From Candidatus Hydrogenedens sp. (GTDB taxonomy: Bacteria > Hydrogenedentota > Hydrogenedentia > Hydrogenedentales > Hydrogenedentaceae), in assembly GCA_049968235.1 (NCBI GenBank), contig JBMFRC010000016.1:1-63086 (forward strand): a stretch of DNA of 63,086 nt, given 5' to 3'. Shown piece by piece: positions 49,818 to 59,530 of this stretch. Numbering within the stretch: position 1 is the first letter of the stretch; every line of letters starts with the position of its first letter. Both the position numbers and the translations under genes were made by a program. Below the pieces are notes generated by a model. The model was given only the letters and a program-made list of their open reading frames with translations, was not told where the DNA came from and ran no database searches.

Positions 49818-51845
49818 TTATTTTACCGTTAAGGTATAAATCTTTGTTTGAACTTGTTTGTCAGGTCCCTGAACCTGCAACTCAACAGAATATTCGCCTG
49901 GTGAAGGGAAAGTATAAGTGAAAGATGGCTCTTTGAATTTATCTTTTCCCTGTATTGTCCATACGCATTTTTTTATCAGGGTCTCCACAGGATAGTTTAG
50001 ACTAGCTCCCTCAGGAAAATCATCGCCTATGGAGACAGGTAATTTCCCGGGAGGCATGGCAATAAGTTCCTTTAGAGAGAATGTGTATGGTTGATTGGGT
50101 TTTAGAGATATATCGTGCATTACAGAACGAAAACGAAAAGACGGGAAACCTACAAGGGTTTCCGCAATTGCCTTTATGGCTATCTGATAAGCGGGAGGTT
50201 CCGCATAGGCAATTAGAATAGCATCTGCCTTTTTGGCACAGGAAAGAGCCTTCGGATGTCCTAAAACAACAACCACTACTTTTGACCCTTTTTCTTTCAA
50301 TCGGTTTATTAATTCTTCTTGCTCTGTTAATCGTAATGAGGAAACAACAATGCATATTATTATCGGTGCTTTACCGATATTCTTTTCTGCACGCTCTATC
50401 TCAAATGTTTGAAGATAACCCAATCGAAGTGATGAAGGCATCGGTTGTAAGCCGATATTCTTATGGTATTTTCGCAGGGCTTCATCTAATTCTTTCACAC
50501 CCACGGCTCCTGTGATGCCGATACCCGCGACAGAACCTTTTATTAAGGGCAAAACATTATCATTGTTTCTTACCAGTGTTATTGAATTTTTTAAGATGTA
50601 ATACGAATCATCAAAAATGTCACCTCCTGTCTTTGTTAATTCTCCAGGTTTTACTCCTTTTTCCTCTTTTGAAGGAGTGTCTTTATCCGCAAATTGAATG
50701 TCCTTCAATGCTTTGATATGCGAATATGCTTCTTCAATCTGTGATGCAAGAATTTCCTGACGTTGAACTGCATAACAAACACGCTCAATGGCACGACCAG
50801 CAGTATTTGATGGACCACGATAATATAAAACATCAGCCCCATTTCTTAATGCTTCCAGTGCCGATTCAGAAGGGTCCATAAATTGTAAGACCTCTGGAGC
50901 ATCCAAGGGACCTGCTATAATCACACCATTAAAACTCAACTTTTTGCGGAGCCAATCGTGTATTACCGCCCTCGAAATGCAAGCCGGTTTCCCCTGGGGG
51001 TCTAATGTCGGAACTAAAGTTGTTCCCACATGAATGATAGGACAACCTTTGTCAATAAAGCATTTATAAGGCAATACATCATTATCTAACAGGTACTGTT
51101 CGGGTGTAAGTAACACTGCTGGCTGGATACCTTCGCGATTTGTTTGCCCTCCAGGAAAGTCCATAGGAACCATAAGTATTCTGGGCAAATTCCAGAGGTT
51201 GAACATCTGAATAGCCACTTCGGATGCTGTCTGAGCATTGGAGCCCAGAGAATGTAAATTACTATGGGCTTTCGGTAATAATGATGCCAGACTTAAATGG
51301 GGACCTAACATCATATTTAATTTTAATCCCTGAATATAACTCTCCCATAGATGGACAATTTTTTCTATATTTGCTGTGTCCGGGTTGGCAGAAAGAGCCA
51401 ATAAAGGTGGCAGGTTAATATAAGGAGATGGGGCTCCCCGTTCCCGTTCAATTACATCATATAAATCTCCGGCTAACCACAAGGGTAATTCTGCATTGCG
51501 AACAGAAAATTTTAGCCCTGCAATATATTCCTCTGCTTGTTTGGGTTCAATAATTTGAGGAATTACTACCCCTGCAGGTGTGTATTGAGATAAAAAATTA
51601 CGGTCTCCCGATAAAGTTCCATGTGTACCCTGTAATGTAATCAAGAACAGTTGGCTGATTTTTAATCGAAGTTCGTCTTCTGTTTTTTTCTCTTTTGAAG
51701 ACACACTACTATCCATGTTTTCCTTCTTTTCTTTTTCATGAATTTGAACTTCGTCACTCTTTATGGCTTCCGGTAGGGCTATCTTATTATCAGTACCCAA
51801 TGTTCCCAGCAAAAAGATAAAATAAAAAAACATATTTTCCTCCAA
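49818..51845 (-). CDS. Secreted protein with a GH3 N-terminal-domain-like fold (NagZ-like) and a C-terminal PKD/Ig-like domain; catalytic motifs not clearly conserved
   Basis: HDWLRKKLSFNGVIIAGPLD...ALRNGADVLYY resembles the GH3 lr.elgf.GvvvSD...alkAG.D region, but the usual SD nucleophile context reads AGPLD. The C-terminal ~90 aa (SFTYTFPSPGEYSVELQVQG) are PKD-like. Confidence 0.4.
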   Translation of the reverse strand: MEENMFFYFIFLLGTLGTDNKIALPEAIKSDEVQIHEKEKKENMDSSVSSKEKKTEDELRLKISQLFLITLQGTHGTLSGDRNFLSQYTPAGVVIPQIIEPKQAEEYIAGLKFSVRNAELPLWLAGDLYDVIERERGAPSPYINLPPLLALSANPDTANIEKIVHLWESYIQGLKLNMMLGPHLSLASLLPKAHSNLHSLGSNAQTASEVAIQMFNLWNLPRILMVPMDFPGGQTNREGIQPAVLLTPEQYLLDNDVLPYKCFIDKGCPIIHVGTTLVPTLDPQGKPACISRAVIHDWLRKKLSFNGVIIAGPLDAPEVLQFMDPSESALEALRNGADVLYYRGPSNTAGRAIERVCYAVQRQEILASQIEEAYSHIKALKDIQFADKDTPSKEEKGVKPGELTKTGGDIFDDSYYILKNSITLVRNNDNVLPLIKGSVAGIGITGAVGVKELDEALRKYHKNIGLQPMPSSLRLGYLQTFEIERAEKNIGKAPIIICIVVSSLRLTEQEELINRLKEKGSKVVVVVLGHPKALSCAKKADAILIAYAEPPAYQIAIKAIAETLVGFPSFRFRSVMHDISLKPNQPYTFSLKELIAMPPGKLPVSIGDDFPEGASLNYPVETLIKKCVWTIQGKDKFKEPSFTYTFPSPGEYSVELQVQGPDKQVQTKIYTLTVK

Positions 51846-52075
51846 AATAGGTAATACTGCATACTAATTATAGTATTTCCGTTAGATATATTGTAACAAT
51901 TAATCTTGACATTATTGAATAAATTTAATTTAAGATTTGTAGCAGGATAAATGGGAAAATAATTTATTTTTTTTCTTTCTGTAAATTTATTGCATTTATT
52001 TTTTAATAAAAGGAGGAAAAATGCACATAGGTGAATATAGAAGAGGTATTATTTAGCATGAAAAGTTAAGTATCT

Positions 52076-53386
52076 CTATTCTGGTAAAGGTTTTCCCTTT
52101 GTTTCTGGAGCGAATGGTAAAATACCTAAACCTATAAGAAACACAACGGAAATCATGACACCTGCCTGACGTATACCAAATCGTTGTGCTAAACTTCCGA
52201 ATGTATATGGTGCAAAGGCAGAGATATATCGTGCCACATTGTAGCAGAAGCCTACTCCTGTAGACCTTAAGCGGGTCGGATATAATTCGGGGAAATAAAC
52301 GGCATACCCTGAAAAGATAGCCAGGAGCATAAATCCCATTGAGAAAAATAATACAACTGCTATACCGAAAGAGTTTGTAACAATAAATGCGATGGGTATT
52401 ACAATCAAACAACCCAATAAGGCTAAAGCAAAGGCTATTTTACGCCCGGACCGTTTTGCCACATATCCATAACACAATGCCCCTAAAAAACATCCAAAAT
52501 TTTGAGCCATCACTGCTAGACTAACTTTTATTTCTGTAACTTTTTTTAACTCGGATAAATTGTCCGGGTTCAGGATTTTTCGTAATAGTTCTGCGGACCA
52601 TACGCTAATTCCCCAAAAACCCACAACTCCCACAGTCGCTAAAACAATACCCACAATGGTATTTTTTCGCCAACGAGGGTCACCAAATAATTCACGAATA
52701 GACCCCAGATTTTCCTCGCCTTTTTGTGCTTTTTCCTTCGCATCATGCCATAATTGAGGTTCACGGATATACCATAAAATAATGAATACTAAAATTCCGG
52801 GTAAAATTCCCACCAGAAATATATATCTCCAAACGGTATCTACAGAGGAAACCATACTTGTTAAGGTAAGGTTAATAACTCCTGACATCATATTTCCGAT
52901 TGCAGACATGGATTGTAAGAAAGCAAGTGCTGTGGGTCGGGAATGGTGCGGAAAAGTTTCTGCAACCAGAGCTGCTCCTGCTGCGAATTCCCCACCTATT
53001 CCTAAACCGGTTAGAAATCGTAATATAACAAACTGAATCCAGTTTTGCGATAAGCCACTTAACCCGGTAAAGCCCGCATACATTAATATCGTTATTGCCA
53101 TCGTTTTTGTGCGTCCTAAACGATCTCCTACCATTCCAAAAAATAAGCCTCCCGTTGCCCAGCCCAGCATCATACACATAGTTGCCATTCCAATATACCA
53201 ATTTAAATCACTATCTGCTACCCCTGGTAATAATGACCTCATAGCGGGTTGTTTTGCAAAGACATATAACCATTGGTCCATCGTATCGAACATCCAGCCT
53301 ATAATTGCCACCGCCAAGACAAGATAATGGTACCCGGTTAAGCCTTCTGTCCATCGTTTTTGGTCTGATATTGCCTGTTTGCTCAT
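52076..53386 (-). CDS. MFS transporter
   Basis: Twelve-transmembrane pattern with MFS motif A-like loops (GMVGDRLGRTKT; AKRSGRK). Confidence 0.85.
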   Translation of the reverse strand: MSKQAISDQKRWTEGLTGYHYLVLAVAIIGWMFDTMDQWLYVFAKQPAMRSLLPGVADSDLNWYIGMATMCMMLGWATGGLFFGMVGDRLGRTKTMAITILMYAGFTGLSGLSQNWIQFVILRFLTGLGIGGEFAAGAALVAETFPHHSRPTALAFLQSMSAIGNMMSGVINLTLTSMVSSVDTVWRYIFLVGILPGILVFIILWYIREPQLWHDAKEKAQKGEENLGSIRELFGDPRWRKNTIVGIVLATVGVVGFWGISVWSAELLRKILNPDNLSELKKVTEIKVSLAVMAQNFGCFLGALCYGYVAKRSGRKIAFALALLGCLIVIPIAFIVTNSFGIAVVLFFSMGFMLLAIFSGYAVYFPELYPTRLRSTGVGFCYNVARYISAFAPYTFGSLAQRFGIRQAGVMISVVFLIGLGILPFAPETKGKPLPE

Positions 53387-53421
53387 TAATATTACTCCTT
53401 ATTAGAGTATTTTTTATTACA

Positions 53422-54288
53422 TTATGTTACGGTATAATTCATCAATTCTTCTATAAATGCATGTTTATCAAAATAAAGGTTAATAATATCAATTAACAGT
53501 CTGTTATTTAAACCTGCCATGGTCCAAACATCTTCTCGTAAAGGATGTAATTCATGTTCATAAGCAGAAAGCCCTGATGCTCGAACAATATAATCTGCAA
53601 CACATAATGAAGCACAAATGAGTTGCTGTCGTTCATTTTTAGCGTCCCAGGGTTCATGATGATATTGGACAGCGGTGCATAAATCCTCCGATAACTTCCA
53701 CTCCTCTGCAATTTTTCCGCCTACCTGAGCATGGTCAACGCCGATAATTTGTTGTTCTATCGCTATCCATGAGCCATAACCACCTTCCTTCGCACAATGA
53801 CAGACTCCTGCCCAATGTTTAGGTAAAAACTCCAATAAAAACATTTTACCTATATCATGAAGCAAACCGAAAACAAAACCCGTATCTCCTTTTGTATATA
53901 CTTCTTTCAATGGTCCCATAGATACTACAGAATCCATTGCAACCCCTACTGCAACACTATGCATCACCATATTCTGTGCCATCTTTCCCATTTGAGAGAA
54001 AACGGTCGCAGTAATTACTAAATTGCGAATTACTTTTGTTCCCAGTAAAACAATTGCATGTTCGATAGAGGTAACTTTTTGTCCTAAACCGTAATATGCG
54101 GAATTAACCAATCTTAGTAATTTGAATGAGATGGAAGGGTCTAATGAAATGGCATGGGACAAATCTGCAAGTTTTGTGTTTGGGTTCTCAATAATTGCCA
54201 AAATGTTTTGAACAGATGCAGGAAGACTTGGAAGAGTTACTGTTTCCGATAAAAGGTTTTCAACTGTGTATTTTGTTAACTCTTCCAT
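53422..54288 (-). CDS. HDOD domain protein
   Basis: LPSLPASVQNILAIIENPNTKLADLSHAISLDPSISFKLLRLVNSAYYGL...LLGTKVIRNLV is the HDOD consensus. HD-like residues (HDIGK) are retained. Confidence 0.8.
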   Translation of the reverse strand: MEELTKYTVENLLSETVTLPSLPASVQNILAIIENPNTKLADLSHAISLDPSISFKLLRLVNSAYYGLGQKVTSIEHAIVLLGTKVIRNLVITATVFSQMGKMAQNMVMHSVAVGVAMDSVVSMGPLKEVYTKGDTGFVFGLLHDIGKMFLLEFLPKHWAGVCHCAKEGGYGSWIAIEQQIIGVDHAQVGGKIAEEWKLSEDLCTAVQYHHEPWDAKNERQQLICASLCVADYIVRASGLSAYEHELHPLREDVWTMAGLNNRLLIDIINLYFDKHAFIEELMNYTVT

Positions 54289-54324
54289 AGTAATGAAAAA
54301 ATCTTATCGTATGTTAGAACTTTT

Positions 54325-54585
54325 CTATTTTATTTCTAATGGAATTAGAGACCGTTCCCCAAAAACTCTTTCCTGTACACAACAAATATCTATTAAGTCT
54401 TCAGGGGTTATATAATCTAATAAGTTTTCAACAGGAATAATTTCTCGCTTCTCTCCCTCTTTCTGGAATACGATTACAGCATGCTGTTCTTTTCCATATT
54501 TCCCAATAAGAACAACTACACCCTTTCGTCCATCCTTTAACTGGACCATGCGTAAAATTGCAGAACCCTGCCTTTTCCAATTCAT
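54325..54585 (-). CDS. Small hypothetical protein (86 aa)
   Basis: ORF sits in a tight operon (4-nt gap upstream, 36-nt gap downstream). No recognisable motif. Confidence 0.4.
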   Translation of the reverse strand: MNWKRQGSAILRMVQLKDGRKGVVVLIGKYGKEQHAVIVFQKEGEKREIIPVENLLDYITPEDLIDICCVQERVFGERSLIPLEIK

Positions 54586-54588
54586 TTG

Positions 54589-54954
54589 TTAAAATAAAAA
54601 TTCTGGTTCTAATATAGGCTGAAAGTTTACTTCTTTATCGGTAACAGGGAAAGTAACCGCTTCAAATACTCCTGTTCCCGTTCTCATAACTGCGCGGGCG
54701 GTACCTAAAACAGGAACAACACCGAACAAATAACCAAAAGGCTTCCCTTCCTTCAATTTTTTATCAAAGGTCAGGGGTATTTCAGCCCATCCGAACATAA
54801 TATTAGATAAACCTCTCCCTAACTTTGTCAGTGATTTTTCAAATCGTGTCGGTTTAGGTAAATCCTCATCCGGATTATATTCCTGTGCAAAAACGAGGAT
54901 GGGTTGAACAAATAAAGAGAACAAAAGCATCAACAAGATTACTTTCTTATACAT
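54589..54954 (-). CDS. Small secreted protein; possible exosortase-system-associated TIGR04073-like family
   Basis: Signal peptide MYKKVILLMLLFSLFVQPILVFA, then KLGRGLSNIMFGWAEIPLT. My recollection of the family signature (RG..N...GW.EIP) is tentative. Confidence 0.3.
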   Translation of the reverse strand: MYKKVILLMLLFSLFVQPILVFAQEYNPDEDLPKPTRFEKSLTKLGRGLSNIMFGWAEIPLTFDKKLKEGKPFGYLFGVVPVLGTARAVMRTGTGVFEAVTFPVTDKEVNFQPILEPEFLF

Positions 54955-55043
54955 ATTTATATCTCCATCAAATCATAAATTTCTATTGTATTATAAATAG
55001 TCTATCAGATTTTATCAAAATTGTCAAGAAATATTTCAACTTT

Positions 55044-56018
55044 CTATTTATTTTTTGTCATTCCGGAACAAAAACCTAAAACAACAAAACTCATTCCTAA
55101 CACACATAGGTTTCCTAATAATTGTTTAATTCCACCCAGTCCCTTCTGCTGATTACATCCACACGAGAATGGAAATGGATTCTCTCCTTCTCCCTCGCCT
55201 TCACCTTCTCCCTCTATAGAACCTTCTCCTTCTTGAGGTGTAACCGGTGTATATTGAACATCTAAAGAAACCTTTTCATTTGCAATTATATTCACCTGGG
55301 TAGAAGCAGGCTTTGTCCAATTAGGAACATCATTAAACTCTATTGTATATGTGCCAATATCCTTTGTTACGGTAATCCCACTTGCACGGTAAATCGTTTC
55401 TCCTGCAAATCTCCACATTGCACCTGCTTTTACTGCATTCTGTGGTGAAATATTTACGACCAAATTTCCTTGCTCGCGGGAATAACTGGCAGATATATCG
55501 TTAATAATATCTGCCTGTAAATCGACCATTATCTTTCCAGGGACATTCCATCCGGATACTTTCTTAAATTCTATTTCATATTCATCTACTGGCACATCCG
55601 TTTCTACTTCTCCACTATTTTTCCATGTTTCCTGTCCTGCCCTCCGCCATTGTGCTCCTCCATCTATAACTTCATTTGGGAAAAGGGTAATTCTTAATGA
55701 ACCTTTTAACCGTTCATATATACCCACTTCATTTGTTGTTTTCCCTTTGATAAGTGATACCTGCTTGCTGACAGGTGCTCTCCACCCTTTTATTTCACCC
55801 TTAAATTCAATGGTATAAATCCCCTGTGCCAGAACTAACATCTTACCGGAGGAATACCACTCACTATTGAATTCTTTGATCTTCCAGCCAGATCCTAAAC
55901 TATTTATCTCTTCAGGGTGCAATGTTACTGTTAAAACAGCACTCTCCGTTTGTGCATTACCTCTACTATTTATAAACAGAAAACTTATCAGAAAAACTAT
56001 CAATAAATATCGTTTCAT
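55044..56018 (-). CDS. Secreted protein with three ~80-aa internal repeats, an EGEGEGEGE linker and a C-terminal CGC-motif / transmembrane / basic-tail module
   Basis: Signal peptide MKRYLLIVFLISFLFINSRGNA. Three repeats share W..G....SG......YTIEF....GW..P. The C-terminus is ...GEGEGEGEGENPFPFSCGCNQQKGLGGIKQLLGNLCVLGMSFVVLGFCSGMTKNK. Confidence 0.7.
   Translation of the reverse strand: MKRYLLIVFLISFLFINSRGNAQTESAVLTVTLHPEEINSLGSGWKIKEFNSEWYSSGKMLVLAQGIYTIEFKGEIKGWRAPVSKQVSLIKGKTTNEVGIYERLKGSLRITLFPNEVIDGGAQWRRAGQETWKNSGEVETDVPVDEYEIEFKKVSGWNVPGKIMVDLQADIINDISASYSREQGNLVVNISPQNAVKAGAMWRFAGETIYRASGITVTKDIGTYTIEFNDVPNWTKPASTQVNIIANEKVSLDVQYTPVTPQEGEGSIEGEGEGEGEGENPFPFSCGCNQQKGLGGIKQLLGNLCVLGMSFVVLGFCSGMTKNK
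55180..55245 (-). repeat. Coding low-complexity (GAG-GGN)n repeat encoding the EGEGEG linker
   Basis: The plus strand reads ctcgccttcaccttctccctc... Compare the GVVEGEG-type repeats at 1-100 in the partial first gene. Confidence 0.7.
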
Positions 56019-56219
56019 AAAACAATAAACTCCTTTTACATATATTATAATAAAATATCAAGTTTATTCAAGAAAATATTTCATAACAATTATTTTTCTA
56101 TTTATTCATCGAAATATCACACTTTGTCAACATTTTAATTGCAGTATTGATAATAAAAATAATTTACCAGTAACTCTTTACTTTTTATATAATATATCAT
56201 TATTGAAAAGGAATCATCA

Positions 56220-57491
56220 ATGAATTTAAATCTTATAAGTGAAGAGATATCATTAAATCATTTTGATGTTTTAGTTCGTACCAACGCAATTCGGTCTTTA
56301 TTAAAAAAATATCATCAGAAATCTCCCGACACATCTTTTCGTCTTTTCAATCTTCATTGTCATAGTTTCTTCTCTTATAATGGATATGGACTTTCTCCAA
56401 CTGCATTGGTGTGGAAAGCATTACAAAATAATTTTTATGCATTAGGACTTGTAGATTTTGATGTTTTAGATGGGGTAGAAGAATTTTTAAATTCCTGCAA
56501 CCTATGTAAGATAAAAGGTTGTGCCGGTTTTGAAACTCGAATTTTTGTCCCACAGTTTGCACAACATGAAATAAATTCTCCGGGTGAACCTGGTATAAGT
56601 TATCATATAGGAATGGGCTTCACTACCAAAAAGATAAAAAAAGTGCATGTTCTGAAGAAACTAAAACAAATAGCTCAGAATCGTATCCGTGTAATGCTTG
56701 AACGAGTAAATGATTATTTATCGCCCCTTACTATCGATTATGAGAAAGAAGTAATTCCTCTAACACCTGCAGGAAATCCTACAGAAAGGCACTTATGCAC
56801 AGCCTATTATGAAAAAAGCAAGCAGCAATTCCCGAATGTGAAAGACTTTGTTCTTTTTTGGTCTGAAAAACTCAAAATTTCAGAGGTTGATATCGAGAAA
56901 AATATTGCAAACCCTGTTGAATTTCAGAACCTACTACGAGCCAAACTTATGAAATCCAGAGGTCCGGGGTATGTTCCGGCAAAACCTGAAAATTTTCCTA
57001 CGCTTATAGAGGTGAATGAATTTATTCTTGCCAATGGTGCAATTCCCACATTTGCATGGCTTGATGGTACCAGTTCCGGAGAACAAAACATTGAAGAATT
57101 ATTAAATATAATGCTTGCTTCCGGTGTATATGCTGTTAATATCATCCCTGACCGTAATTGGAATATAAACAATCTGGAGCAAAAACAAATTAAATTAAAG
57201 AACCTGAATAATTTTATTTCGCTTGCATCTGAATTATCTTTACCCATATTTATTGGTACGGAACTAAATGCACCGGGACAAAAATTTGTAGATAATATCG
57301 ATACTCCTGAACTCCAGCCCTATTATCAACTATTCTTAGATGGTGTACACATTGCCTATGCTCATACTATTCTCGAACAATCCGCAGGTATGGGCTTTAC
57401 AAGTTACTGGTCTCGAAATTATTTTGCAAATAATAAAGAGCGTTATGAGTTTTTTAAAGAAATAGGGGAACGATTAACCCCTGTTCTATAA
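56220..57491 (+). CDS. PHP-domain (polymerase/histidinol-phosphatase-like) metal-dependent phosphoesterase family protein
   Basis: FNLHCHSFFSYNGYG matches the PHP motif I (h.HCHS..S.DG). 423 aa. Confidence 0.55.
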   Translation: MNLNLISEEISLNHFDVLVRTNAIRSLLKKYHQKSPDTSFRLFNLHCHSFFSYNGYGLSPTALVWKALQNNFYALGLVDFDVLDGVEEFLNSCNLCKIKGCAGFETRIFVPQFAQHEINSPGEPGISYHIGMGFTTKKIKKVHVLKKLKQIAQNRIRVMLERVNDYLSPLTIDYEKEVIPLTPAGNPTERHLCTAYYEKSKQQFPNVKDFVLFWSEKLKISEVDIEKNIANPVEFQNLLRAKLMKSRGPGYVPAKPENFPTLIEVNEFILANGAIPTFAWLDGTSSGEQNIEELLNIMLASGVYAVNIIPDRNWNINNLEQKQIKLKNLNNFISLASELSLPIFIGTELNAPGQKFVDNIDTPELQPYYQLFLDGVHIAYAHTILEQSAGMGFTSYWSRNYFANNKERYEFFKEIGERLTPVL

Positions 57492-57544
57492 TTAATATAC
57501 AAAACACTTATACATTCCATTAGTAACAAATAGGACAAAAAATT

Positions 57545-58777
57545 ATGAGTTCTAATCCGCAACCACTACCCATGAAACAAAAAAGAATTCGAAAAAGAAG
57601 CCTTCTTCCATGGCTAATTGGAATTTTATTCTGGGGAATATTCCTCCTCTGGTATCAATATACTCCCAGTCAGGATACCATAGAATTTTTTTATTCCTGC
57701 GGTTTGTATCGTGCAAACACGCTTATCTTCTCACTTATACAACAAACAACAACCCATTCTATTGCTCTATGGTTTTTTCCATTATCTATCCTTTTGTTCC
57801 TTATTTTAGGAATTGCAAACTGGATTTATGTCCGAAAAAAACAAAACAAATCCCATTTCTGGGGAATATTTTGGTTTGTGAAATGGATATTTATCTTAAG
57901 TGGATTTTTACTTGTATCATATCTATTTCTTTGGGGAGCAGGCTATCAACGAAAACCTATCGAAGAAAAATTAAAACTTGAAATGGTCAACCCCGAAGAG
58001 ACTGAAATAAGACAAATAATGGAAGAATTACTTGTTATCATTAATAGCGATAATATTCCGCGAGAACAACGAGATCCAGAACAGAGTATTCAAAAAATCT
58101 CAAAATCTATGCAAACAATTATATCGGAGTGGGATGGAGTACCGATATATCTACCTGCACGAGTTCGCAAAACCCCGCCCGGACTTTTCCTTTTTAATAG
58201 TACTTCGGGTATGTGTTTTCCTTTTACTTTAGAACCTCATGTTGATGGTGCTCTGCCCCCACATGCTTTCGTTGCTACTTCTGCTCATGAATTAGCACAC
58301 ATTGCGGGTATTTGTGGGGAAGCGGAAGCCAGTTTTGTAGGTTATGTAAGTGCATTAAATACGGATGACCCTTTTGCCCGTTATTCAAGTGCTTTAGACA
58401 TTTATGAACGGTTGGCTTCTTTTCTGCCAGGAGAGGAAAGAAAGAAAGCCATCGAACAGTTGCCTCCGGAGGCTCAACAGGACTTAAAAGAAGAACGTGA
58501 AATTGCAAATAAATATCGCGTTAAATGGTTTTCGGAAATATCATGGAAAGCCTATGATAAATATTTGAAAACTCAAGGAGTCAAAGAAGGAGTTCGTGAT
58601 TACGGGAGAGTCACAAATCTTCTGATAGCAGGATTACGAAAAGGAATTATTAAATTACCAAAACTTCCTGAAAACAATTTTATCGATAAAGAAAGAACAA
58701 TCTCACCTCAGGAAGAACCTATTGAACAGTTAGAAAAGACACCCGAAAAATCAGAAACAGATAATCCCAATATATAA
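57545..58777 (+). CDS. Membrane-anchored putative zinc metallopeptidase (HExxH; DUF3810-like)
   Basis: Three N-terminal transmembrane helices. HELAH within SAHELAHIAGICGEAEASFVGYV. The family assignment is from memory. Confidence 0.5.
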   Translation: MSSNPQPLPMKQKRIRKRSLLPWLIGILFWGIFLLWYQYTPSQDTIEFFYSCGLYRANTLIFSLIQQTTTHSIALWFFPLSILLFLILGIANWIYVRKKQNKSHFWGIFWFVKWIFILSGFLLVSYLFLWGAGYQRKPIEEKLKLEMVNPEETEIRQIMEELLVIINSDNIPREQRDPEQSIQKISKSMQTIISEWDGVPIYLPARVRKTPPGLFLFNSTSGMCFPFTLEPHVDGALPPHAFVATSAHELAHIAGICGEAEASFVGYVSALNTDDPFARYSSALDIYERLASFLPGEERKKAIEQLPPEAQQDLKEEREIANKYRVKWFSEISWKAYDKYLKTQGVKEGVRDYGRVTNLLIAGLRKGIIKLPKLPENNFIDKERTISPQEEPIEQLEKTPEKSETDNPNI

Positions 58778-58882
58778 TTCATTTTTCTATGATATGCTTT
58801 GAAAACACAATCAGACAGCATTACTTGTTTTATATGAATTCCTATATAATATTCATGAAATTTAAAATCAAGAGGGAAAAGT

Positions 58883-59506
58883 ATGGCTATAAATCTTGCA
58901 GTTTTATTATCCGGGAGTGGAACTACTTTGCAGAATTTAATTGACCGTATCAAAGCGGGTACATTATCTGCTACCATTAAAATCGTTATTTCGTCGAAAA
59001 CAAACGCATACGGTTTACAACGGGCACAACAAAACAATATTCCTACTGCAGTAATTCGTCCGAAAGATTATGAGAACTTTTATTCATTTAATCAATCTCT
59101 CTGGAATACAATTCGCCAATATCCTGTTGACCTTGTTGTCTTAGCCGGCTACTTATCTTTAATCGATGTTCCTCCTGATTTCACGCATCGAATTATGAAT
59201 GTTCACCCAGCGTTAATACCCTCTTTTTGTGGGAAAGGTATGTATGGACATCACGTGCATGAAGCAGTTATTCAGTCAGGTGTTAAAATTACAGGGTGCA
59301 CAGTCCATTTTGTAGATGAACACTATGACCACGGCCCTATAATTCTTCAAGAAGCAGTTCCTGTCCTTGATGATGATACCCCTGAGACATTAGCAGAACG
59401 GGTACAGGCCAAAGAAAGAGAACTCTATCCAATGGCTATCCAGTTATTCGCAGAAAAACGACTAAAAATCGAAGGTAATAAAGTTCGAATTCTCACCTCA
59501 AAATAA
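58883..59506 (+). CDS. purN: Phosphoribosylglycinamide formyltransferase
   Basis: AVLLSGSGTTLQNL...NVHPALIPSFCGKGMYGHHVHEAVIQSGVKITGCTVHFVDEHYDHGPII is the canonical PurN (formyl-transferase) sequence. Confidence 0.9.
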   Translation: MAINLAVLLSGSGTTLQNLIDRIKAGTLSATIKIVISSKTNAYGLQRAQQNNIPTAVIRPKDYENFYSFNQSLWNTIRQYPVDLVVLAGYLSLIDVPPDFTHRIMNVHPALIPSFCGKGMYGHHVHEAVIQSGVKITGCTVHFVDEHYDHGPIILQEAVPVLDDDTPETLAERVQAKERELYPMAIQLFAEKRLKIEGNKVRILTSK

Positions 59507-59530
59507 CCATTCAAACTATAGGACAAAAAA

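Noticed and set aside
52011-52056. Perfect AGGAGG followed 4 nt later by an 11-codon ORF (MHIGEYRRGII) upstream of the MFS gene
   Set aside because: It is on the opposite strand from all neighbouring genes, with no promoter I trust and very short Shine-Dalgarno spacing. Probably a chance match. The purine-rich run is more plausibly part of the minus-strand promoter region.
55180-55245. Short tandem GAG/GGN repeats that could be mistaken for a CRISPR or microsatellite
   Set aside because: They are in frame and encode the (EG)n linker of a secreted protein. There are no spacer/repeat units of CRISPR size and no cas genes in the window.
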